This document shows, piece by piece, positions 1-12,200 of a stretch of DNA of 64,000 nt (the first letter of the stretch is position 1; each line of letters opens with the position of its first letter). The notes below the pieces were generated by a model that saw only the letters and a program-made list of their open reading frames with translations, was not told where the DNA came from and ran no database searches. Origin of the DNA: Glycera tridactyla (lineage: Eukaryota); the NCBI GenBank assembly GCA_965644265.1, contig OZ286470.1:83576001-83640000 (forward strand), in the 5' to 3' direction. A program made the position numbers and the translations under genes.

Positions 1-1688
1 AAAAGTAGAAAACTGCTCACAGAATTGTGTAGACATTGTCAATAAGTGTATAAATGTAAGCAACATCCCATCTGAGTATTGTACTTTGTTATCTGGATCC
101 ACGCTCTTTCATACTAACTATTGTTCGCTGCAGAGCCGAATAAACCCATCCTAATCTATCATTCCTGGTGCCTGCTCACTTTTCTTTATTCTGGAGGGGA
201 CCCACAGGTGACTGATCTGCAAGGAAGCAATGTATATGACTATATTCAGGGTCACTCACGTCGCCAGTGGTGGTACTTGAGAGACACAAAGAGCTGTGGT
301 CACATTCCCATCTTATCTTGTCATAACAAGACAGAAACGTGCGAAAGGATAGCCATTAAAAGCTCTATGACAACCGATAAAAGTCACAAGATAGGCATTG
401 CTTGTTATAAATATTATCATCTAACAATTACTTGCAGAATAAATGCCACTGTGTGACATGAAATAAGCATTGTATGCTCTATGATGACAGAACGTGTCAT
501 GGAATGTCATAGTTTAATGAGACATAGGATAGCCCTCCAGTCTCTGAATAAAACAGTGCCAATATCCCAGGCTGGAATGCGTTAGTACGTAGACTCAGGA
601 ATGCATTTGTATAATAACATGAACGTGACACTCACTTTTCCATGATTCAAAATTTTGAATTCAAATCGAATGGGCTAAGATATGGTGGTCCTCCCCATAC
701 CCCCATCGTAATCCTTGTCTCGATATCCATGAGCCAGGATGACTCAGGTCTGTCCATTGCTTGGAAACGGATAATCTACAGGCTATACTCTGGACACTTC
801 GGAAAGTCATATGGCTTCATGAAATCCAATAAAGATGGATACGTTCTATCACAAGGAAATAGCAAGAAACTAGGGATACAATGAGGAGCCAAAATGGATT
901 GCCGATTCATACAGAACTCCACCTATTTCTTATATATGATCCCTCTCAATAAGTCTCATATGTTGCGATCTAAGATGGCGACGCAAATAGCGTTTGGATA
1001 CAGATCATTTGCCTCGATTTTTCTGATATGGTCATATCAATGTTCGATCATGTGTAGTCGGGTGTATGGAATTAGGAAGAAAATAGGGATGCAGACAATA
1101 AGAATAATTTGGTAAAAGAAGAAGGAAAAAAGTGAGCGAGAAAAGAAACCATAAAGACAGAATAAACACAGGGAACGGGAGGAAAGAAAAAAAGAGAGAG
1201 AAGTATTGATTTTCTTCCATGTAAATGGTTTCTCGGAAACTAAATGGGGGTAAGACAAGGAGAACAAAATGTCTTACAACCTATTATATGTGATACACTT
1301 TTTGACCCAGTCACGTTACATTTGTCTATGATGAGATGTGCATTAATATACCCAGTATTATCCTCGAAGACATGACGTTCCACTGACACTGAATCGAATG
1401 TCCAGGTGAAATTTCACGCCCCCACAAGTTCTGATACCATATTTCACCCAGATTTAATACATCTGATTCATAACGTCACATGATCCATGATATATTAGTG
1501 AACTCTCCGAGGATTGACTGGTTGTCAAGATGCCGGAAGCCGACAGTTAGCATCCTTGGACTGGCTTCAGCATCCCATTCCGCAACTGGCCAGGTTGTTC
1601 TCTCACATTTGCTATTATTCCTAATATATGATACCCTGTCTATAGATGAGTCGACCTAGAGAGGTCAGGTTCAGGTCGGAGGTGAAGG

Positions 1689-1773
1689 TCAATGGTTCAG
1701 TTCGACCTCGCAGACAGCCATGATACTCCCAATGCCATGGATATCACATGGGGCGTCATCCCACTTCAAATAC
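1689..1773 (-). CDS. Coding exon 6 (last): CTLD C-terminus RYLKWDDAPCDIHGIGSIMAVCEVELNH*
   Basis: Acceptor ctgtttttccag, phase 2. Contains the WxD..C and final VCE motifs that close the CTLD; TGA at 1691-1689. Confidence 0.9.
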
Positions 1774-4700
1774 CTGGAAAAACAGAGATAATTGTTTGAG
1801 TTCATACAGCAGGTATCAAACCAGAGGATTATGCATGCCATGTTTTCCTGGTCAATGAATTGGATTATAGCCACTCGCACATGCACTGAGTTGGAATGTA
1901 TACCATCGGTCTGTACTGACCTCTTTATAACTGAGTGCACCAGGGACCGTCCACGTTCGATACAAGTGATTTGATCTAGCCCAACATTAGTGTGATGTTG
2001 TCTGCATCGACATTCATGGCCACCAGTGAATATTCCTATCTCAGGACAGGAATACGTCAAGTCTTTTTGATTCATTGAAGGCTGGATGTTCTCAATTCTG
2101 CAGATATCACTCTCACAAACTCCGAACACGAGATGAGGGGGAACCTGGAACGTCATCAAGTGGATGTAGCTGACTACTCACTGAAATTCACCTCTACCTC
2201 GTTAATATGTCCACAACCAGGGCTATTTTATAGCTGAGATCGCCGCATATTTCCCAATCACCCGTCACATCCAGAGCGAGTGAAGCAGTAGGAATTAGTC
2301 GGGTTCACCTTCAACATTCTTGCAATTCCAAAGGCCACAAGGAATACATGAAATAGAATGTGATTACGAATTCCACACAAACATGCACGAGCATGTGATC
2401 TTTATCGAAAGGGGGCCTTTTTAGAAAGGTTAGTCACTGTGGTCTACGATCTTTTGGTTACCACATTGAGTGGTGCTTTGTAGATAGGAGGGTTCCCATG
2501 AGCCCAACTGCAATATCACATGAATGATACTTAGTAAACTGCATTAAATCTATGATTCATCCCACTCCGAGAATCTTCATCAAATTTACGAACTCTTCTT
2601 CCATGCTGCAATTCGAATATAGAATTGACATTGATCTGAGAATACAGGATATCGGAAAAGGTCCAGGCTCCGATATGTATCAATGCTAATATTGAAAATT
2701 GGATGGTCAGTGTAATTTGCTGCTGTGAATAACTGTGGTATTCCACTCAGTATTCTGAGCGGATTGGGTTCACTTCAGGTCAGCTTTGTAGCTGGGAAGT
2801 GGCAATATGGAGAAGGAGGTGCTAACTAAAGATTTGCTAGGGCCTTGGGGGCAATTGTTGTCTAGACGCGACTGTCAAATCAGCATATGCAAATTGGACA
2901 ATTGCAGTGATTGGCCCAACGCCCCGCTCCTATAAATGCATTGACCAGCAGGCATCATTTGTATTTTTATCATCAGGCTCGTTGAGGCTAATTGCCGAGT
3001 TCGAATCCCGCAATTATTTCCTCCCAATCAGGGAAGATTCACACCATTGTTAAAAACATCTCAGCTCTATGCATCTAACCAAAAGAGAACACTCCATTGT
3101 GCTTCTCAAATCATACCATAGAAGAATCACCCTTTAGATTATACAACTGCTTTCGTTTGAAACATGCTCATTCAATAGTGATGTTTTCAACAATTTCGCT
3201 TCTTGATGGTAATGAATAAACATTAATCACAATATCATTAGTGTCATATGCATTGATACGCTCATTCAATAGTGCTGTCTTCAACAATTTCGCTTCTTGG
3301 TGGTGATGAATAAACATCAATCACAATATCATTAGTGACCTATGCATTAATACGCTCATTCAATAGTGCTGTTTTCAACAATATCACTTCTTGATGGTGA
3401 TGAATAATCATCAATCACAATATCATTAGTGACATATGCATAATTTACGCTCGACCACACGAGTTGAATGATCAGACATTGAAGCAATTTGGATGATGTC
3501 TGTTTTGTTTGTTTGTGAAAGCATTTCGTCAAAGTCATAGTATAAGTTTTCTTAACAATGAACAGAACGGAACAAATGAAAACAGAGCTTAACTAAATGA
3601 GGTGTACATCAAAGCCATTCAGTGATTGGAGACCGACATACATACAAGTACTCGGAAACCATCAAGATACATCATCTCAGTGGCAAACATAATACATAAA
3701 ACATATTATACCACAGACACGGCCTATTTCAGTGAGATACAGACCCATGAGATATTGTGACAAATATACCACGGTTTTGGAAATATCTCATGGATACTAT
3801 CGGCGTTGTCATCAGTGATATTTTGACTATTTACTGTCAAAATCAACCAAAATTATTGAAAATGTATCAATCCAATGAAAACATGTTTTTTTGCTACGAA
3901 TATTTGAGGAGAATAAGTGCCGAACTGGTGACCTATATAACGTCTCGTAGATATACGCGTATTCGTTTCAGCGTTCTGCGTGACGTTTGATGAATCGGCA
4001 GTAACCATGGTATCCCGCACTGACAACTCTTCTCAATTTCACGTGTATACGAGTCAAATAGCAACTTTGGCAATCATCATCACTCGAATGTGTTTTGCTC
4101 ACTCGGTTTTGAAGCCTGGAAAACCGCCATTTCTGACAGTATCCAAAAGGTCTGCAAATCGTTGCGACAATAGGAGTGCATTGATAAGTGGTACTCACCT
4201 ACTTTCATGATATCCATTATTGATTGATAAATAAAGACACTCCTCTGGCTTGTAGTAACTGAAAAGAAAAAAAAAACGTTATGAGACGCATGACTCACAA
4301 TATGATGACGATTCCATAAATACTATCATCGCCATCATCAGTACCACCAGCATCACCAGCACTACCNNNNNNNNNNNNNNNNNNNNNNNNNNNNNNNNNN
4401 NNNNNNNNNNNNNNNNNNNNNNNNNNNNNNNNNNNNNNNNNNNNNNNNNNNNNNNNNNNNNNNNNNNNNNNNNNNNNNNNNNNNNNNNNNNNNNNNNNNN
4501 NNNNNNNNNNNNNNNNNNNNNNNNNNNNNNNNNNNNNNNNNNNNNNNNNNNNNNNNNNNNNNNNNNNNNNNNNNNNNNNNNNNNNNNNNNNNATCTCAGG
4601 GGAAATGTGATGTTCACTTGCATATCTCGCTCCAACGCACCAAATAAATCAATTTTGTGCTGGTTTCCCAGTGGCTCCTCATTGATTCACTAATGATGCC

Positions 4701-6223
4701 CGCAGATCTGGAGTGAAAAAACCAAAGAAACCAGGGTGCACTCTCTTCACAAGCATACAGATAGACGAAATGCAGGTTCAAAATCACGGGATGACCTATA
4801 CAAACCATTCGTCCATTAGGACACAGTTAGGATGAGAAATGACAACAGGAGTGTTCGAAACGTATCGTCAGATTGCATTTGACGGAGTAGAGTATGACTT
4901 ACTTGTCTGGTTTGCCGGGAACGAAGGCGGCGAAGCCACTGACGGAGCCATGTTCTCGACCGTAGACGTCGACCCACTTCCACTGATTGTACGAGCAGCT
5001 GCCACTGTGGCTTCCCCGAGCACGACGGGCACCGATCCAAAACCCGATCGTACCACGCGGGAAGGCTGCAAACAAAGGCCAAGCATAGGATAAGATTCGA
5101 AGTAGGCCAACAGCGGGCTCTATCATAAGGAGTGATTAGGAAAGATCAAGCTGAAGGTAGGGAGCTGGCAGTATCATAAGGAGCGATTGGGAGAGATAAA
5201 GCTGAAGGTAGGCAGCTGGCACTATCATAGGGAGCGATTGGGAAAGATGAAGCTGAGTGTTGTGAGCTGCCATTATCATAAGGAGCGACTGGGAAAGATA
5301 AAACTGAAGGTAGGGAGCTGGCACTATCATAAGGAGCGATTGGGAAAGATAAAGCTGAAGCTAGAGAGATGGCACTATCATAAGGAGTGATTGGGAAAGA
5401 TAAAGCTGAAGGTAGGGAGCCAGCACTATCATACGGAGCGATTGAGAAAGATAAAGCTGAGGGTTGTGAGCTGCCACTATCATAAGGAGCGGCTGGGAAA
5501 GATAAAGCTGAAGGTAGGGAGCTGGCACTATCATAAGGAGCGACTGGGAAAGATAAAGCTAAAGGTAGGGAGTGGCACTGCCATGAGGAGTGATTGGGAA
5601 AGATAAAGCTCAGGGTAGGGAGCTGGCACTATCATGAGGAGCTACCGAGAAAGATAAAGCTGAAGGTGGGGAGCTGGCACTATCATGAGGAGCGATTGGG
5701 AAAGATAAAGCTGAAGGTGGGGAGCTGGCACTATCATAAGGAGCGATTGGGAAAGATAAAGCTGAAGATAGGGAGCTGGCACTGTCATAAGGAGCGATTG
5801 GGAAAGATAAAGCTGGGGGAAGGGAGCTGGCACTATCATAAGGAGCAATCGGGAAAGATAAAGCTGAAGGTGGGAGCTGGCACTATCATAAAGAGTGATT
5901 GGGAAGATAAAGCTGGCACTGTCATCAGGAGCGATGGGAAAGATAAAGCTGAAGTTAGGGAGCTCCGGAGTGAAGTGTGAGAAAGAGAGTGAGAAATTGT
6001 AACAAAAAGTGATGAGATGGCTACAGAGCCAGAATGCGACAGCGGGTAAATGAAACAGTGATGAAAGAGGAAGCAAATAAGTGATCTTATTTCAAACTCT
6101 TTTGCCGTATCAACCCCCATTAACATAAATGCTAACGCGAGACCATGACAATGTGAGCTCATGAAGTTCTAGATTGGTTATACTTGAATAGAACGATAAG
6201 TCAAGTCAAATAGACAGACATCT

Positions 6224-6293
<70 letters not shown>

Positions 6294-9200
6294 AATACGC
6301 CGGACATTTATATCCAGAAAACCGTGAACAAACGAACAGCTAAATGGAGATACTGATAGTCACAGAGCCATAAATAGCCAACGTTTTCAGTAACAGTTAG
6401 ATGGACTGACAGATAGACAAAAGGAAAGGTGACAAGAGATTGATTGAGAGCAATCATTCTCACATGACTGCGACAGTTTGAGTGTGAGATTGGGGGGTGT
6501 GAGATTACATGAATCTCACACTCCTGGCTGCCGGTGCGTTCTGTGCATTGTGACGTCACGTGGCTCATGCTGATACAATCGTTGCTATGGTGAAGTTACC
6601 CCACATAACGCCAGCCGGCGAGCGTGCGTCAGGTCAACAAACCGAACCTTTGTCCACTGTCACTGGTGCGTTCGCCTCCAAGCATGCATGCAGACACTCT
6701 CACAAACAATAAAATACACATACACACACGACGACGACGGCGATAATGATAACGATGATGACAGAACAAACACACACACACAGGCGAACGCACCAGTGTC
6801 AGCGAACAAACGTTCGGTTTGTTTACCTGACGCGCGCCCGCACTGCGCCTGACGATAAGCTGTCAGTGGCTGGGCATGCTCCCGCTCATGCCCTAAAAGC
6901 GTCACATCCTCCCTGTCATTTCGGCCCACAATTATCGAAATACATCAGAAGTAGTCATGTGAGAAAAGTAAGACGACATTGGTGTGTGAGATCCGCTTGT
7001 TTATTCCCAACTCGGTTGGCTGAGCGGCCGGAGGCACACTCGGCCTTCGGCCTCGTGTGCCTCCGGCTGCTCAGCCAACCTCGTTGGGAATAACGCGGAT
7101 CTCACACACCAATGTCGTCTTACTATAATGAATTGCGAAGCAGCCAACCTGTCTACCTATCAGCCTGAAACGCAAGCAGACTGGTGGGGAGAGAAATAGA
7201 CGGATAGAAAAAAAAGGCATACAAAATCTGAAGAATATTATTATATCATTGTGAACAAACTAAAGAGGGAGCAATAACAAGAACCTGGAAAAAAGGGCAA
7301 GTGGACCCAAGTGGCGTGATTTGGCAGAAAACCTGACTTATCTACGAGTATTGCTTCGGATCATAATAATGAGAAGAAACTATGCATTTATCGTCTATGC
7401 AAATTCAACCAGCAGTCATCAAGTGCGAGGTTTGACCGGGAAGATTCCGGTCTGCCAAGTTGTTTACATGATCATGACTGTGGGAGGTAAATTCGTTTGG
7501 AGCGGTCCCCTGGTAACCTCATCCATCGAGTCATCATATGTATATAAGTCGGGCACGACCACATCGATGTTTTTCTCGACAAGACCCACTGTAGGTCAGC
7601 CTTGAGGCTGTGGAAGTGTTGCCAGAATGGCCCAGATTCGGGAGATTGAGTCAAATCGAGAGGAAGTTGTAGCAATCAGCATGGGAGCTAGATAAGTGAT
7701 TGGTTTAACCTCAACATAATATGGTGACGTCACTTCGTTACATATATACTGCTGGTTTGGCTCTCTCGTATGGGCTATCTTAGTATGTATCGATTGAGAA
7801 GGTGGGATAGGGGTATGATCCCTAGAGAGAGGCAGTCCTAATGGCCCATCTCTTCACTTCACCACACTAGTCTAGATTGTTCGTTTGTTTGTTTGACTGC
7901 TGTGACTAAACTCAACCCTGTATACCACTGTGAGAGCCCAAAGGCTCTTATCTTTGCAGTGCTGCTGTCGTTACATATATACTCAACCCTGTATACCACT
8001 GTGAGAGCCCAAAGGCTCTCATCTTTGCAGTGCTGCTGTCGTTACATATATACTCAACCCTGTATACCACTGTGAGAGCCCAAAGGCTCTTATCTTTGCA
8101 GTGCTGCTGTCGTTACATATATACTCAACCCTGTATACCACTGTGAGAGCCCAAAGGCTCTTATCTTTGCAGTGCTGCTGTCGTTACATATATACTCAAC
8201 CCTGTATACCACTGTGAGAGCCCAAAGGCTCTTATCTTTGCAGTGCTGCTGTCGTTACATATGTACTCAACCCTGTATACCACTATGAGAACCCAAAGGC
8301 TCTTATCCTTGGAGAGCTGCTCTCGGCAATTCGTGGGTGACTGGTTTAACCATGGCAAAGCACAACCGTCTGGCTGTGATCGAATTTTGAAGTCTCTTGT
8401 GTGCTTGCATGTATGCTGAGGAGTGGTATCAGTGTAGCTGGTCTGTAATCACATTTTCCAGCGCCTCTGCAGTCTCGCTTTTGTGTTGTATAGCTCTTAG
8501 TCCCTTGCCATGAGATGAATATTTTGACTTGTCGGGTAGTGGGTATGCTTCATCATCGAATCACAGGGCTAAACATGATTTTTCCAACACCGAACCTCGC
8601 AGGTTAGATATTAATTCGTCGTTTTGGTACAGATCAGTTAGGCTAGCAAGGTGAAGAATACACTAATGCGATATGAAGGATCTAATAGGAACCTAAAAGT
8701 TGTAGTAATAATAGTTTTCCACAGTCAACCCAAATAGGAGTGCAAAAACAGCTATCCGTACAATGGATGATAGCAATCAGGTCTGAATGATGCATGCACC
8801 TGCACCAGGATATGGACTATTCGATGGAATCTAGCCTCTAATTTGGCTCAAGATATGGAAACAATCTTCACAGGGTTGCATCTTGCAAACGGGGACCCAA
8901 CCTCAGGAATACACATCACAGCAACATGTAGAACAGCAGGACATTTCCGGCACTCACAATATACCACCAGGCAAAAATGACACGCAACGAGCAAAAGTGG
9001 ATGAACAAACAAAATACACATGTACAAGCACTATTGAGAAGTTTCAGTATAGTTGACCCTAAGTCATAAGACGCTTTCATCTCACAACATGTTTTGTCTA
9101 CTATCTTATTATGTCAAGGTGTTAGGATAGTGATGCTTGGTGAGGACAGAGTATGGAGATAATGGCTTTGGTCAATACTGGTGCTGTTTAACTCCGTCCC

Positions 9201-12200
9201 ACCAGCTAATCGACCAACCAACCACCCAGCCAACCAACCAAGCTGAACTCTCTACAGAGATGACAGGATTCTCTGAGCCATTCCCCACTCTATACTGCAA
9301 GCACCAAGGAGAGGTCTTCCAATGAATAGCAGAGTGTTGCCAATGGTGTCGCTGTAGTCGTTATGTCTAGCTTCATCCCATCACATCAATTATATTTCTC
9401 CTATTCTCAGACCGATGTTTTGTCAATTTCATCCGTTATCTTCTTTGCCCCTCCTACTAGCTCTTCAGATACTATTCTGAGGTATGTTATGAGCAGCCAA
9501 CAGCGTTACAAACCATCAAAAGGATGTTCGACTTCCACTATATCAAGTCAATATAATAATCTTCACACACAAAAGGTATGTCCTTTATGTCTAGGTGGTT
9601 GATCCTATATGTCTATAGGTTGGCTGGTATGCCTTTGGATGTCAGCCAACCTATAGACATATAGGATCAACCACCTAGACATAAAGGACATACCTTTTGT
9701 GTGTGAAGATTATTATATTGACTTTATAGCCTTGGGCACTTGTTACTACACACACATAAATGTCCTCCATAGGCGATGAGCTAGCCACCAGAGTGGCAGC
9801 TTGGAGAATCAATGCTTCACACAGCAACACCAACGTGTCTGGCGCACCAAGCAGCTCTGATAGCTCCACAAGCATCAACACTGTTGTTAGACCTTCCACA
9901 TCAAGGAACCTTCTCCAACCATTCGCAAAAAAACGTAAGGCTGATGACCTTGAATATAAGGTGATCCCAGACGTGGCCTTTCCCACTTTCCGTGAACTTC
10001 GCAAGATCTCATTGAGACAAGCCAAAGTGACCAACCATCTTCGCTTCCTGTCAGAATGCCTGGACAAGAAGACCGTACCAGCGGGCCTAAAGCCGAACCT
10101 GAAACCAGCATTTGGGGCAGAAGAACCAGCATTCATGGAGAAATGGAACACAGCATGCAACGAGTTCAGCACCAACTTGATCATCCTTTTGGGAGAACGA
10201 GCAAACCAAGAACTGGAGGCCCTGAATCCCAGAGTAGAAACCAAGAAGACAGAGATGTTGGAAAAGATAACAGAAGAAGAGATGAAAACCAAAGCCGTCG
10301 AATACCTGAAGGAGGTGATCGCCAAAGACGTCCCAGAGACGAAACGACGCAGAGAACCCCAAGCGGGACCATCTCGCATCCGAGACAACAGACAACGCCA
10401 GATGGGCAACAGACAACAGAGAGACTTCCGAGGCCGAGGGAACCCCAGACAGGGCCGAACAACCGACTCGGAGGAAGACCTACTCCACATAATCAGAGCA
10501 CTGAAGAGCCGCAGAGGCCGCCGCTAAACCAACCACCAGACAACAACATCGTAGTCGATGAAGAACCACCTCCAGAACAGACTGTTAACATTTTACCAAA
10601 CAATAAACACATGGAATCATACAACCAGGGTTCAGTTGTGAACATATCCAACCACACCCTCAATACGGCAGAAATCAAAGCCCTAAGTAGAACCCTCAAA
10701 TTTTGCCCAACCCCACCACCCACCGACGTCGTAGACGTCATGGATGACTTTGATGAATATGTCAGAAAAATAAAATTGAGAATCTTCTTCAAAGATGATG
10801 ACACAGAACCAACACCAGATCAAATCATGCTACGATCCTTGAGAAGGATTTTTAAAATAAGATCCAAGTGGGTACCACCACTACAAGACGAATGTGTAGA
10901 GTCATTCAAAACAGCTGTAAAAAACAATATTCTAAGCCAGAAACCGATCCACAACAGAAGAAACAACATGAACAAACCAGAACGAGAAGCAATCAAAGCA
11001 CTATACAACAACAAAGACATAACCATCAAAAACGCAGACAAAGGCGGTGCAGTAGTAGTCATGAACACCACAGACTACATACGTGAGGCACACCGACAAC
11101 TCCAAGACGAGAATTTCTATATCAAACTAGATGAGGACCTGACTCCTACACATTCAAGTCAAATCGATAACTATCTGAAGGGGGAAACCCTCTTGGGCAA
11201 TATACATCCCAGGATAGCAGAAATACTTACACAATATGAGGCTAGAACAGCACGCTTCTACCTACTACCTAAAATACACAAAAAGAAAATCCCTGGCAGA
11301 CCCATTATCAGTGGCAACAAATGCCCTACGGAAAGAATCTCCAGTTTCATAGACGAATTATTAAAACCATATGTGTTGAAAATAAAATCATATGTGAAAG
11401 ACACCACGGAATTTACTAAGATCATACATGACCTACCAGAATTCAACAACAACTGCATATTAGCAACCATGGATGTTACATCCCTATACACTAATATACC
11501 CAACCATGACGGGATAAAAGCCATAGCTGAAACAATCAGAGGAAAACCTCACCTCATACCAAACACTATGATCTTAAAACTACTGGAGATGGTATTGCAC
11601 AAAAATAACTTTGAGTTCAATGGACAACACTATCTACAGGTGGGCGGAACAGCCATGGGCACAAAAGTGGCACCCACATATGCCTGTCTCTTCATGGCCA
11701 ACCTAGAAGAGAAAATGCTTCAATCAACGCCAGAAAAACCAAGAATATTCCTACGATACATCGACGATATTTTCATGGTATGGGAGAAAAGCCCAACAGA
11801 ATTACAGAACTTTGTCTCTCATTGTAACAACTTTCATCCCACGATCAAGTTCACGGCAGAACAAAGCCAAACCGAGGTAGTCTTCTTAGACACCAAAGTA
11901 AAATTCAACGCCAACACCAGGCGACTATACACTGATCTATATAGCAAGCCCACAGACTCCCACAACTACCTACCATACGATTCTCACCATCCTCAACATT
12001 GCAAAACAGCACTACCATACAGTCAATTACTACGTATACGTAGAATATGTACAAAAGAAGAGGATTTCGAAACACAAGCAGAAAATATGAAGGGATATTT
12101 CGCACGACAGGGATACCCAACAGAAACTTTTGACAACGCATACTCAAAAGCCAAAACCACTGAACGTGAAACACTACTACAACCTAGAACAAACAACACA

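Noticed and set aside
1774-2159. The full 156-aa ORF 1689-2159 as a coding exon
   Set aside because: Only the last 85 nt follow a good acceptor and fit the phase of exon 5; the upstream part is intron that happens to be open.
4816-5110. Alternative ORFs 4839-5093 (+), 4816-5082 (-) and 4868-5110 (-)
   Set aside because: They are shadows of the GC-rich exon 4; only the FWIG/KPD frame fits the splice phases and the CTLD.
8850-8930. CKRGPNLRN as a relic of an older PLE
   Set aside because: The match is too short and has no flanking motifs.
9927-9995. A AAA AAA slippery heptamer as the ORF1-ORF2 frameshift site
   Set aside because: The -1 frame hits TGA at 9993-9995, so a shift here cannot reach the RT.
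9675-10490. 271-aa antisense ORF over PLE ORF1
   Set aside because: It is best explained as a shadow of a compositionally skewed coding strand; no recognisable motif.
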